This document shows positions 48,583 through 58,476 of a DNA stretch of 64,000 nt, piece after piece. The notes beneath the pieces are model-generated. The model was not told the DNA's origin, did no database searches, and saw only the letters and a list, made by a program, of their open reading frames with translations. A program made the position numbers and the translations under genes. How positions within the stretch are numbered: position 1 is the first letter of the stretch; the number at the start of each line of letters is the position of its first letter. The stretch lies in the NCBI GenBank assembly GCA_965204675.1, contig OZ242003.1, forward strand, positions 5,712,454 through 5,776,453, in the 5' to 3' direction. Source of the stretch: Vicinamibacterales bacterium (GTDB lineage Bacteria; Acidobacteriota; Vicinamibacteria; Vicinamibacterales; UBA8438).

Positions 48583-50277
48583 ATCGAAGTCTTCGGCGAC
48601 ACCCACGGTCTGAAGGCCAGCCAGACGCGCCAGCTCGAGCGCCTGTTCCGGCGCCGGGTCCCCGCGGACCGGCTCGTCACCCAGGAGCTCGCCCGGCAGC
48701 TCACCGAGGTCAGCCACGAGATCCGTCGTCAGGTCGGCGTGCTCCTCGACCGCCGCGGGCTCGTCCAGCACGTCATGGTGGGCGACGCCCACTCCATCGC
48801 CCTGCCCGACTGGGGCCGCCTGCGCGCCGGCCGGGGACGCCTGCGCGGCCTGCGCTGCGTCCACACCCACCTCGCGGGCGAGGGGCTGACGCGGGACGAC
48901 CGGACCGACCTGCTGCTGCTGCGCCTCGACGCGATGGTCACGGTGGGCATGGACCACGAGGGCCTGCCCGCGCTCGCCCACGCCGCCGCCCTCCGGCCCG
49001 CCGGCGATCGCGAACCGGGGGACCGCGACGCGGGCATCGAGCGTCTCGACCCACAGCCCCCGGCCCTGATCGACTTCGACTTCCAGGCGTGGATCCGCGA
49101 GCGCGAGGCGGCCCTCGCGCGCGACACCGGCGCACAGCGGGTCGGCGACCGCGAGCGCGCCATCCTCGTGTCGGTCACCGCCGGACGCGGCGCCCGCGAG
49201 CTGCAGGTCCACGTCGACGAGCTGCGCGAGCTGGCCCGCTCGGCCGGCGTCGACATCGTCGACGTGGTGACCCAGAACCGGCCCCGCGTCGACCCCAAGA
49301 CCGTGCTCGGCTCGGGCAAGCTCGACGACCTCGTCATCCGCGCCTTCCAGGACGACGCCGACCTCGTCATCGTCGACCAGAACCTGACCCCCACCCAGGC
49401 CCGCAACCTCGGCGAGCGCATGGAGCTGCGGGTGATCGACCGCACCCAGCTCATCCTCGACATCTTCGCGCAGCACGCGACCACCCGCGACGGCAAGCTG
49501 CAGGTCGAGCTGGCCCAGCTCAAGTACCTGCTGCCACGGCTCGCGCAGCGCGCCGAGGTCTCGCTGTCGCGCCTCGCGGGCGGCATCGGGGGGCGGGGGC
49601 CGGGTGAGACCAAGCTCGAGGTGGACCGCCGGCGCACCCGCGACCGCGTGACCCGGCTCGAACGCGAGCTGAAGAAGCTCGCCCGGCAGCGCGGGAACCG
49701 GCGGCAGCGGCGAGGACGCCGCGGAGCCCCGGTCCTCTCCATCGTCGGCTACACCAACGCCGGCAAGAGCACCCTGCTGCGGTCCCTCACCCGCACCGAG
49801 GTGCACGTGGCCGACCAGATGTTCGCCACCCTCGACCCCACCTCGCGCCGCCTGCGCTTCCCTCGCGAGCGCGAGGTCATCATCACCGACACGGTGGGGT
49901 TCATCCGCGACCTCCCCGCGGACCTCGTCACCGCCTTCCGCGCCACCCTCGAGGAGCTGGCCGACGCCTCGCTGCTCCTCCACGTGGTCGACGCCGCCAC
50001 GCCCGACTGCGAGCGTCGCATCGAGGCCGTCCGCCGCGTGCTGCGCGACATCGACGTCGAGGCGCCGGAGCTGCTGGTCTTCAACCAGATCGACCGGATG
50101 GCCGACGGCGAGGGCGAGGCGCTGGCGCGCCTGCACGATGGGGTCGCGGTGTCGGCCCTCCGCCGCACCGGCCTGCGGGGGCTGCTCGAGCGGGCCGAAC
50201 GGATGCTCTGGACGGAGGACCACGCTCGTCCCGACCGGCCGGACGGCCTCATCGGACTCACGGGGATTTCCGGCTAG
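48583..50277 (+). CDS. hflX: GTPase HflX, long form with a conserved N-terminal extension; start codon non-canonical or uncertain
   Basis: [17 protein letters not shown] and FNQID G-motifs. The frame upstream of the track start (GTG 48739) reads [59 protein letters not shown]. This matches the N-terminus of long HflX proteins as I recall it from Geobacter-type sequences. Confidence 0.88.
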   Translation: MEVFGDTHGLKASQTRQLERLFRRRVPADRLVTQELARQLTEVSHEIRRQVGVLLDRRGLVQHVMVGDAHSIALPDWGRLRAGRGRLRGLRCVHTHLAGEGLTRDDRTDLLLLRLDAMVTVGMDHEGLPALAHAAALRPAGDREPGDRDAGIERLDPQPPALIDFDFQAWIREREAALARDTGAQRVGDRERAILVSVTAGRGARELQVHVDELRELARSAGVDIVDVVTQNRPRVDPKTVLGSGKLDDLVIRAFQDDADLVIVDQNLTPTQARNLGERMELRVIDRTQLILDIFAQHATTRDGKLQVELAQLKYLLPRLAQRAEVSLSRLAGGIGGRGPGETKLEVDRRRTRDRVTRLERELKKLARQRGNRRQRRGRRGAPVLSIVGYTNAGKSTLLRSLTRTEVHVADQMFATLDPTSRRLRFPREREVIITDTVGFIRDLPADLVTAFRATLEELADASLLLHVVDAATPDCERRIEAVRRVLRDIDVEAPELLVFNQIDRMADGEGEALARLHDGVAVSALRRTGLRGLLERAERMLWTEDHARPDRPDGLIGLTGISG

Positions 50278-50340
50278 AATTAGGCGTCCCGGCCGCGGGG
50301 CGGCCGGACGTTCCGCTGACTATTTCCAGGAGGACTTGCC

Positions 50341-52296
50341 GTGTCCCAGGCTGACGGATTCGACGCGTTGCTGCAGGAAGACCGGGTATTCGAGCCGCCG
50401 GCCGAGTTCGCGGCGCAGGCCAACGCCAACGACCCCGGCATCTACGAGGAGGCCGACCGCGACCACGAGGGGTTCTGGGCGAAGTTCGCCAGCGAGCTCG
50501 AGTGGAGCCGCCCGTGGGACACCGTCTGCGAGTGGACCCCGCCCACCGTCAAGTGGTTCCTCGGCGGGCAGATCAACGCCAGCGTGAACTGCGTCGACCG
50601 GCACGTCCGCACCGCCCGGCGCAACAAGGCCGCCCTCATCTGGGAGGGCGAGCCCGGCGACCGCCGCACCCTCACCTACTGGGACCTCTACCAGGACGTG
50701 AACCGCTTCGCGAACGCCCTGCGCGACCTCGGGGTCGAGAAGGGCGACCGGGTCGCGGTGTACCTGCCGATGACCCCGGAGCTGCCCATCACCCTGCTCG
50801 CGTGCGCCCGCATCGGGGCCGTGCACAGCGTCGTGTTCGCGGGGTTCAGCGCCGAGTCGCTGCGCGACCGCATCAACGACATGCAGGCCAAGGTGGTGGT
50901 GACCGGCGACGGCGGCTACCGCCGCGGCGGGGTCATCCCCCTCAAGCAGATCACCGACGACGCCCTCGACGGCGCCCCCAGCGTCGAGTCGGTGGTGGTG
51001 ATGCACCGCGAGGGGCTAGACGCCGACATCGACATGCAGGACGGCCGCGACCACTGGTACCACGACCTGATGGCGAAGGCGGCGCCGCGCTGCGACCCGC
51101 AGCCCATGGACTCGGAAGACCTGCTCTTCACCCTCTACACGTCGGGCACCACCGGCAAGCCCAAGGGCATCGCCCACGCCACCGGCGGCTACCTCGTCGG
51201 TACCTACGCCACCTCGAAGTGGGTCTTCGACCTCAAGGAAGAGGACGTCTTCTTCTGCACCGCCGACATCGGCTGGGTGACCGGCCACAGCTACCTCGTC
51301 TACGGACCGCTCGCCAACGGGGCGACCTGCGTCATGTACGAGGGCGCCCCCGACACCCCGCACCGGGGCCGGTTCTGGGAGATGGTCGAGCGCTACGGGG
51401 TCACCGTGTTCTACACCGCCCCGACCGCCATCCGCGCGTTCATGAAGTGGGGGACGGACATCCCCGCGAAGTTCGACATGTCGACCCTGCGGCTGCTCGG
51501 CACCGTGGGCGAGCCCATCAACCCCGAGGCGTGGATGTGGTACCACGCCAACATCGGCGGCACCCGCGTCCCCATCGTCGACACGTGGTGGCAGACCGAG
51601 ACCGGCGCCATCTGCGTCGCCCCCCTGCCCGGCCTCGTCGCCCTGAAGCCGGGCTCGGCCACCCGCCCCTTCCCCGGCATCAAGCCGATGGTCGTGAACG
51701 AGCAGGGCGAGGAGGTGAAGGTGGGCGGCGGCTACCTCGTCATGAAGCGCCCCTGGCCGTCGATGCTGCGCACCATCTACGGCGACCACGAGCGCTACGT
51801 GAAGACCTACTTCGGGCGCTGGGGGCACGACGTGTACGTGACCGGCGACGGCGCCAAGATCGACGACGACGGCTACCTGTGGCTGCTCGGCCGCGTCGAC
51901 GACGTGCTCAACGTCTCGGGCCACCGCGTCGGCACCATGGAGGTCGAGAGCGCGCTGGTCGACCACCCCGACGTGGCCGAGGCCGCGGTCGTCGGCAAGC
52001 CCCACGAGATCAAGGGCCAGGGCATCGCCGCGTTCGTCACCCTGAAGGAGGGCGTGACTCCGCACGACGGCACCATCGGCGTCCTGAAGCAGCACGTGGT
52101 GACCAAGATCGGCGCCATCGCCCGGCCTGACGAGATCGTGCTCGCGGCCGACCTCCCGAAGACCCGGTCGGGCAAGATCATGCGCCGGCTCCTGCGCGAC
52201 GTCGCCGAGGGCAAGGCGCTGGGCGACGTCACGACCCTCGCCGACCCCACGGTGGTGGCGAAGCTGCGCGACCAGTACGCCGACAAGGAGGGGTAG
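50341..52296 (+). CDS. acs: Acetyl-CoA synthetase
   Basis: 651 aa with [59 protein letters not shown] and [15 protein letters not shown] start with AGGAGG 7 nt upstream. Confidence 0.97.
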   Translation: MSQADGFDALLQEDRVFEPPAEFAAQANANDPGIYEEADRDHEGFWAKFASELEWSRPWDTVCEWTPPTVKWFLGGQINASVNCVDRHVRTARRNKAALIWEGEPGDRRTLTYWDLYQDVNRFANALRDLGVEKGDRVAVYLPMTPELPITLLACARIGAVHSVVFAGFSAESLRDRINDMQAKVVVTGDGGYRRGGVIPLKQITDDALDGAPSVESVVVMHREGLDADIDMQDGRDHWYHDLMAKAAPRCDPQPMDSEDLLFTLYTSGTTGKPKGIAHATGGYLVGTYATSKWVFDLKEEDVFFCTADIGWVTGHSYLVYGPLANGATCVMYEGAPDTPHRGRFWEMVERYGVTVFYTAPTAIRAFMKWGTDIPAKFDMSTLRLLGTVGEPINPEAWMWYHANIGGTRVPIVDTWWQTETGAICVAPLPGLVALKPGSATRPFPGIKPMVVNEQGEEVKVGGGYLVMKRPWPSMLRTIYGDHERYVKTYFGRWGHDVYVTGDGAKIDDDGYLWLLGRVDDVLNVSGHRVGTMEVESALVDHPDVAEAAVVGKPHEIKGQGIAAFVTLKEGVTPHDGTIGVLKQHVVTKIGAIARPDEIVLAADLPKTRSGKIMRRLLRDVAEGKALGDVTTLADPTVVAKLRDQYADKEG

Positions 52297-52304
52297 GCGG
52301 GGTC

Positions 52305-52553
52305 ATGACGATTGGCGAAATCGAGTCCGAGGCGCTGCGACTGAACCCGCCGGATCGGGCCAGGCTCGCGGAGAGGCTTCTGGACAGTCTGGAAACGCTC
52401 TCCGACGAGGAGAACGCCCGGCTGTGGGCCGACGAAGCAGAACGACGAGATCGGGCCTGGGACACGAACGGCGATGCCGGCCGCGCCGCGTCGGAGGTGT
52501 TCCGTGACGCCCGTGGCGATCCAGTTAAAGCCGCGCGACCGATGCGCCGATAA
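52305..52553 (+). CDS. Putative addiction-module antitoxin component (Unstab_antitox-like), no intact partner toxin
   Basis: IESEALRLNPPDRARLAERLLDSLETLSDEENARLWADEAERRDRAW fits the addiction module component family pattern. Confidence 0.72.
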   Translation: MTIGEIESEALRLNPPDRARLAERLLDSLETLSDEENARLWADEAERRDRAWDTNGDAGRAASEVFRDARGDPVKAARPMRR

Positions 52554-52589
52554 GCGGGGCAGCACCCAGCCGCGACAGCGGCAAACCTC

Positions 52590-53756
52590 CTACGGGGAGA
52601 CCCCGGCGGGGGCGGGAATCCCCCGCCGGGTCACTAGGTAGGCGGCGAAGGTGCCCAGCCAGTGGCCGCCCTCGTAGTGCTCGCCGGTGACCGAGGCGAG
52701 GCCGGCGTCGCGGTGGCGCGCGGCGGCGTCGAGCAGCGCGGGGCGGCGCACGTCGCCCGCGGGCAGCGCGGCCGAGATTCCCTCCAGCATCCACGCCCGG
52801 CTCAGGTTCAGGCCGTCGAGGTGCACCAGCTTGCCGTCGCCGGCATCGGTGACCACCGCCGGCTCGAGCCAGCCCGCCCCGTCGCCGTCGGTCGGAATTC
52901 CCGGCAGGAACTCGCCCAGCCACGCCGCGAAACGGTCCGTCTCGAGCACGCGGCGCAGCAGGTCGGCCTCGGCGAGGCACGGCGACAGGAAGTCGTGCCC
53001 GGACGGCTCGTAGGCGAGGGGACAGCCCCGGTCGCCGAGGTAGTAGTCGGCGATGCGGGCTTCCAGCAGATCGAGCATGCCGGTGTCGCTCGCCCGCAGC
53101 GCCCAGTCGTGGATCAGCCCGAAGGCGAACGCGGTCTGGGAATGCTCGCCGACGCGGATGGGATGGGTCAGCCTCGGCAGCCACGACCTGATCTGCGCCG
53201 ACGCGATGAACTCGAGGGGCTCCAGCGCGGCGCGCCACCGCCGCGCCGCCGGGTCGTCCCACTCGCGCAGCTCGGCCGCGAGCTGCAGCAGCCACGCCGA
53301 TCCGTACGGCCGCTCGAAGCCGGCCCGCCCCGGCCCCTGGAAGTAGCGCACCTCGGCCGCGACGTTCTCCACCGTCAGGCTGCGGTCTAGCGCGGCGCGG
53401 GCCGCCGGCGCGAAGTCGGCGTCGGGATAGAGCCGCGCCAGACGGGCGAGCAGCCAGTGCCCGTGCACCGCCGAGTGCCAGTCGAAGCACCCGAAGAACG
53501 CCGGCGTCAGCTCGCGGGGCGGGCGCACGTCGCCGTCGCCGTTCAGGACGTGGGCGATCTTGTTGGGGTACTCGCGGTGCACGCACTCGAGGGCCAGCCG
53601 TGCGAACCGCTCCACCACCGGCGCGCCGGCCGGTTCCGGTTGCGAGGCGCCGGCCGGCCCGGCGACGACCCCGAGCAGCGCCGCTCCCGCTCCGAGGACC
53701 CACCGCGATCCACCACGACCCCGCCGCCCGCCTGAACACGCAGTCATTCGAGACAT
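52590..53756 (-). CDS. DUF2891 domain-containing secreted protein
   Basis: FFGCFDWHSAVHGHWLLARL, FERPYGSAWLLQLAAEL, GEHSQTAFAFGL and HLDGLNLSRAWML. I recognise these as the DUF2891 family pattern. Confidence 0.83.
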   Translation of the reverse strand: MSRMTACSGGRRGRGGSRWVLGAGAALLGVVAGPAGASQPEPAGAPVVERFARLALECVHREYPNKIAHVLNGDGDVRPPRELTPAFFGCFDWHSAVHGHWLLARLARLYPDADFAPAARAALDRSLTVENVAAEVRYFQGPGRAGFERPYGSAWLLQLAAELREWDDPAARRWRAALEPLEFIASAQIRSWLPRLTHPIRVGEHSQTAFAFGLIHDWALRASDTGMLDLLEARIADYYLGDRGCPLAYEPSGHDFLSPCLAEADLLRRVLETDRFAAWLGEFLPGIPTDGDGAGWLEPAVVTDAGDGKLVHLDGLNLSRAWMLEGISAALPAGDVRRPALLDAAARHRDAGLASVTGEHYEGGHWLGTFAAYLVTRRGIPAPAGVSP

Positions 53757-54109
53757 GCCGCACAGGGTAACGGATCAGCCGCCTGCCCGAACACCGAAAC
53801 CCGCGTTCCGGGCGCACGACACCTTGTGAGGCGACGGCCGCCGGCCCTGTCGGCCGCTCGATTCACGGGAGCGGGCCGGCGTTCGCGAGCACGTCGCCGT
53901 GGGGCTTCGGCGCTCGCACACGCGGCTCTGCGTGCCGCTTGCTTGGCGGCGCGCCACTCTCTTGTCGCGCACCCCTGGGTTCCCGCCCGATCGAAGCCGG
54001 CCCGCGGAGGCCCGCACGGCGCGCCAGCGACCGTTACACCACCGGGCCCGCCGACCCGCGCTCGTGGGGCCGCGGCCCGCCGGGCGCCCGGCCGGCGTAT
54101 ACTGCGCGC

Positions 54110-54532
54110 ATGCAGAGGTTGCGACACGCCCTGACGACCGGAGGCTTCGGCCTCGCCCTGCTCTGGGCCACCGCTACGCATGCCCAGGCCGGCGACGCGC
54201 TCTACGTCTGCGCCGACCCCGACGCCACCCGCACCATCGACATCGGCGCCACCATCTGCGACGCGGCGCCCACCGGCACCCTGACCGAGCGCCTCGAGCC
54301 CGACAACCTCCAGCTCCGCGAGGGCGCCCTCGTCACCGAAGTGTCCCCCGGCGGCATCGCCCAGGTGGCGGGGCTCCAGGCCGGGGACGTCATCTACCGG
54401 GTGGGCGGCGTCGACGTCGAGGACAACGTCGAGGCCACCGCCCGCCTCAGCCTGCTGGTCGAGAGCGCCGACACCGTGGTCAACTTCCTCCGCCGGGGAC
54501 GGCCGTACCTCGTCAGGATCCGCAGGCCCTGA
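54110..54532 (+). CDS. Secreted PDZ-domain protein
   Basis: Signal MQRLRHALTTGGFGLALLWATATHAQA, then GALVTEVSPGGIAQVAGLQAGDVIYRVGGVDV (PDZ). ATG at 54110 inside track ORF 53939..54532. Confidence 0.7.
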   Translation: MQRLRHALTTGGFGLALLWATATHAQAGDALYVCADPDATRTIDIGATICDAAPTGTLTERLEPDNLQLREGALVTEVSPGGIAQVAGLQAGDVIYRVGGVDVEDNVEATARLSLLVESADTVVNFLRRGRPYLVRIRRP

Positions 54533-54609
54533 CGTGGGCGGGGGCGGCCAAGCGTTCACTGACGAGGCGGTTGCGACACCGAGCACGGCATGGTACATTT
54601 CCAACACGC

Positions 54610-54780
54610 ATGGAGTTGACAACCCTCGTTCTCTCTCTGGTCGGCGCCGTGACGGGCCTGATCAATATGGTGGTCATCCTCGCCGTGAACGGCAAGCTCG
54701 ACCGCCTCACCGGACGCGTGGACTCCCTCGAACACGGCCACAACGCGCACGTCAACAGCCCCGCCCTGCACGCGCGGTAG
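54610..54780 (+). CDS. Hypothetical small membrane protein (56 aa)
   Basis: MELTTLVLSLVGAVTGLINMVVILAVNGKLDRLTGRVDSLEHGHNAHV has one TM helix plus a coiled tail and non-biased composition. It is in frame inside the spurious track ORF 53899..54780. Confidence 0.4.
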   Translation: MELTTLVLSLVGAVTGLINMVVILAVNGKLDRLTGRVDSLEHGHNAHVNSPALHAR

Positions 54781-54918
54781 CACGACCGGCCGACCGTCGG
54801 GAGCTGGTTGGCGCGAAGCTCCCGCGACGCTCCCCGTGGCCACCCTCGGCTCCAGAAAACCGCCTGCCGACGAGCCGCCCGTCCGCCCCACGGCGACCCG
54901 CCGTCGTAGGATAGTCGG

Positions 54919-56046
54919 ATGACCTGGATCCGGCTGCCGGCGGCCACGTTGCTCGCCCTGCTGCCGGCGGCGGCCGACGGCCATCCCCTGACGTTCACCG
55001 ACACCACCGTCGTGCTGCAGCGGGACGGGACGTTCCGGGCCGACCTGGTGGTCGACCTCGACGCGCTGGCCCTGGGGGCGCCGCAGAGCGCCGACGACGC
55101 CGAGCTGGCCGCGGCCGTGCGCGCCCTCTCGCCGGCCGAGCTCGACGAGGCGCTCGGCCGGCTGCGCCGGCTCTTCGAACGCCGGGTCCGGCTGCGCTTC
55201 GACGGCGAGCCGGCGCCCTTCGAGGTGTCGTTCCCGGACCACGGCACGCCGGAAGCGACCGAGTCGGAGATCCCGACGGTGCTTGGGCTGACGGCCAGAC
55301 TGACCGGGGCGGTACCGGCGGACGCGGCCGAGCTGGAGTTCTTCGCTTCACGCGCGTTCGCCGAGGTGAACCTGACCATCCGGGACGAGCGGCGGGGCGT
55401 GACGAGCCAGGCCCTGCTCGAGCGCGGCGCCCGTAGCGACCCCTTCCCGCTGTCGGGCCCCGCCGCCCCCGCCAGCGCATGGTCGACGGCCGGCCGCTAC
55501 GTGCGGCTCGGCTTCGTCCACATCCTCCCCCGCGGGCTCGACCACATCCTGTTCGTGCTCGGCCTGTTCCTGCTCGGCGCGCGGCTCGGCCCCCTCGTCT
55601 GGCAGGTGAGCGCGTTCACCGTCGCCCACGCGGTGACGCTGTCCCTCGCCGTCTTCGACGTGGTGTCGCTGCCCCCGCGCGTGGTCGAGCCGCTCATCGC
55701 GCTCTCCATCGTCTACGTGGCGGTCGAGAACATCCTCACCGAGCGGCTCACCCCGTGGCGCCCGGCCACCGTGTTCCTGTTCGGCCTGCTGCACGGACTG
55801 GGGTTCGCCGGGGTCCTGCGCGAGCTGGGGCTCCCGGCGGACGAGCGCTGGCTCGGCCTCCTGACCTTCAACGCGGGCATCGAGGTGGGCCAGCTCGCGG
55901 TCATCGGCCTCGCGTTCGCCGCCGTGGGCTGGTGCCGGCGCCGCCCCTGGTACCGACGCCGGGTGGCGATACCGGCCTCCGCCCTCATCGCCGCCGTCGG
56001 GCTGCTGTGGACGGTTGAGCGGGCCTTGGGCGCAGGCAGTCCGTGA
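54919..56046 (+). CDS. HupE/UreJ family membrane protein with an N-terminal periplasmic domain
   Basis: The C-terminal half has GFVHILPRGLDHILFVLGLFLLG, AFTVAHAVTLSLA, FGLLHGLGFAG and NAGIEVGQL. Confidence 0.85.
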   Translation: MTWIRLPAATLLALLPAAADGHPLTFTDTTVVLQRDGTFRADLVVDLDALALGAPQSADDAELAAAVRALSPAELDEALGRLRRLFERRVRLRFDGEPAPFEVSFPDHGTPEATESEIPTVLGLTARLTGAVPADAAELEFFASRAFAEVNLTIRDERRGVTSQALLERGARSDPFPLSGPAAPASAWSTAGRYVRLGFVHILPRGLDHILFVLGLFLLGARLGPLVWQVSAFTVAHAVTLSLAVFDVVSLPPRVVEPLIALSIVYVAVENILTERLTPWRPATVFLFGLLHGLGFAGVLRELGLPADERWLGLLTFNAGIEVGQLAVIGLAFAAVGWCRRRPWYRRRVAIPASALIAAVGLLWTVERALGAGSP

Positions 56047-56108
56047 GGGGCTCTGCGGCGCGCGTCTTCGTCCCCACTCGATTCGACAGCCAGACCATCA
56101 CCCCTTGC

Positions 56109-56156
56109 CGGAACGCTCGGGACCACCGGAACCACTCGGAACCGCTCGGAACCACT
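56109..56156. repeat. Five tandem copies of a 9-10 bp motif (cggaaccNct)
   Basis: cggaacgct cgggaccac cggaaccact cggaaccgct cggaaccact, in the intergenic region upstream of the PQQ-propeller operon. Confidence 0.7.
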
Positions 56157-56259
56157 GAAGCGCCCTGAACGCTGTAGTATGATTTCTTGTTTCAGAACGC
56201 CATCGAACGGCTCGATTCGACGAGCCATGAGTTCGATGCTTCAGCGAGGGTTGACGGGA

Positions 56260-58476
56260 ATGAACACGGCAGCACACGGCACGGCGCGGAGGGTGGCCGC
56301 GGCGCTCGTGGCCGGATTGCTGGCGGGCCTGCTGGCCGGCCCGGCCGCGGCGAACGACTGGCCGAGCTGGCGCGGGCGCGCCCAGACCGGCGCCTCGGAC
56401 GTGACCGGGCTCGTCTCGAGCTGGTCGCCCGACGGCGAGAACCTCATCTGGTACGACCGCTGGGTCGGGCGCTCGACCCCCGCCGTCTTCGACGGGCGGG
56501 TCTGCGCCAACGGACGCACCGGCGACGGGGTGGACGAGCAGGAGGTCGTGGCCTGCTGGAACGCCGAGACCGGGGAGAAGCTCTGGCAGCACAACTACAA
56601 CGTGCTGAACACGACGGTGCCCTTCAACCGGGTGGGCTGGGGCAGCGTGACCGGCGACCCCGAGACCGGATACCTCTACGCCATGAACATCGACGGCCAC
56701 CTGAACGCGTTCGACCGCGACGGGGCCGTCGTGTGGAGCTGGCGCCTCGCCGAGGAGCTCGGCCGGGCCTCGGGCTACGGCGGGCGCACGTCGACCCCGC
56801 TCGTCGACGAGGACCAGCTCCTGCTGAGCATCATCGGCACCGGCTGGGGCAACCTCGGGGGCCCGCCCCGCCACCGCTACTTCGGCTTCGACAAGATGAC
56901 CGGGGAGGTCCGCTGGCACTCCACCCCGGGCGGCAACGTCGCCGACATGAACACGCAGTCGGTGGGCGTGATCGGGGTCGTGAACGGCCAGCGCCTGTGG
57001 ATCGACGGCAACGCCGACGGGCACATCTACGCCCTGAACGCCCGCACCGGCGGCAAGGTGTGGCAGTACCAGTTGAGCAAGCGCGGCATCAACGTCTCGC
57101 CGGTGCTCGCCGGCGACACGGTGTACGCGGCCCACAGCGAGGAGAACGTCGACTCGGGCATCATGGGCCGGGTGGTGGCGATAGACGCCACCGGCGAGGG
57201 CGACGTCACCGCCACCCACGAGCGCTGGCGCGCCGACGAGCTCGCGGTCGGGTTCTCGTCGCCCCTCATCCACGACGGGCGGCTCTACGTCATCGACAAC
57301 TCCGCGAACCTGTTCGCCCTCGACGCCGCGACCGGCGCCGTCGCGTGGGAGCAGAGCGTCGGCACCGTCGGCAAGGCGTCGCCGGTGTGGGCCGACGGCA
57401 AGCTCTTCGTCACCGAGACCAACGGCAACGTCACCATCCTCGAGCCGGGACCGGACGGGGCGACCGAGCTCGACCACGACGAGCTGGCGGTCGAGGACGG
57501 CCGCTACGCCGAGATCTACGGGTCGTTCGCGGTGGGCTACGGGCGGCTCTACGTGACCGCCGAATCCGGCATCTACGCCATCGGCGACCCCGACGCGCCG
57601 TTCGCCATGGCACCGGGGACCGCGCCCGAGGAACCGGCCGAGAACGCCCCCATGGACGCCGCGGCCAGCCTGCAGGTGGTGCCGGCGGAGGTCATCGCGT
57701 CGGCCGGCGACACCGTCGAGTTCCGCGTGCGCGCCTACGACGAGAACGGCCGGTTCATCGGGGCCCGCGACGCGTCCTGGTCGGTCGACGGCCTCGCCGG
57801 GGCCGGCATCTCGCCGGAGGGCGTCCTCGCCACCGACGCCCGCGCCTCGAACCAGGCGGGCACGGTCACCGCCAGCGTGGGCGAGCTCAGCGCGGTGGCC
57901 CAGGTGCGCGCCTACGCCCCCCTGCCGTGGTCCGAGAACTTCGAGAGCGGACGCCCGCCGTACTGGATCGGCGGCGGCGCCAGCCTTGCGGTCGAGGAGC
58001 TCGACGGCGACCAGGTGTTCCGCAAGGGCGCCTCGCGCACCGGCATCCACCGCCACGCCACCTACCTCGGCCCCACCGACATGTCCGGCTACACGGTGCA
58101 GGCCGACGTCAGGGCGTCGCAGTGGCGCCGGCGGCGGCCCGACATCGGGCTCATCAACAGCGGCTACACGATGGACCTGCAGGGCAACCGGCGGAAGATC
58201 CAGATCCAGTCGTGGGCGGCCGAGCTGCGCATCCGCGAGGAGGTCGACTTCGACTGGGAGGCGGAGACCTGGTACCGCCTGAAGCTCCGGGTCGACGTGG
58301 ACGGCGACCGCGGGCTGGTGCGCGGCAAGGTCTGGCCCCGCGACGAGCCCGAGCCGGCCGAGTGGACTATCACGGCCGAGGATCCGATGCCCAACCGCAA
58401 CGGCAGCCCCGGCATCATCGGCTACTCGCCGATCGACATCTACTTCGACAACGTCAGCGTGATGGAGAACCAATGA
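56260..58476 (+). CDS. PQQ-like beta-propeller repeat protein with C-terminal Ig-like and LamG/DUF1080-like domains
   Basis: NDWPSWRGRAQTGAS, GEKLWQH, GGKVWQY and TGAVAWE propeller repeats. The C-terminus has SENFESGRPPYW ... WYRLKLRVDVDGDRGLVRGKVW ... IYFDNVSV. The start is one of ATG 56179/56227/56260; the signal peptide follows 56260. Confidence 0.85.
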   Translation: MNTAAHGTARRVAAALVAGLLAGLLAGPAAANDWPSWRGRAQTGASDVTGLVSSWSPDGENLIWYDRWVGRSTPAVFDGRVCANGRTGDGVDEQEVVACWNAETGEKLWQHNYNVLNTTVPFNRVGWGSVTGDPETGYLYAMNIDGHLNAFDRDGAVVWSWRLAEELGRASGYGGRTSTPLVDEDQLLLSIIGTGWGNLGGPPRHRYFGFDKMTGEVRWHSTPGGNVADMNTQSVGVIGVVNGQRLWIDGNADGHIYALNARTGGKVWQYQLSKRGINVSPVLAGDTVYAAHSEENVDSGIMGRVVAIDATGEGDVTATHERWRADELAVGFSSPLIHDGRLYVIDNSANLFALDAATGAVAWEQSVGTVGKASPVWADGKLFVTETNGNVTILEPGPDGATELDHDELAVEDGRYAEIYGSFAVGYGRLYVTAESGIYAIGDPDAPFAMAPGTAPEEPAENAPMDAAASLQVVPAEVIASAGDTVEFRVRAYDENGRFIGARDASWSVDGLAGAGISPEGVLATDARASNQAGTVTASVGELSAVAQVRAYAPLPWSENFESGRPPYWIGGGASLAVEELDGDQVFRKGASRTGIHRHATYLGPTDMSGYTVQADVRASQWRRRRPDIGLINSGYTMDLQGNRRKIQIQSWAAELRIREEVDFDWEAETWYRLKLRVDVDGDRGLVRGKVWPRDEPEPAEWTITAEDPMPNRNGSPGIIGYSPIDIYFDNVSVMENQ

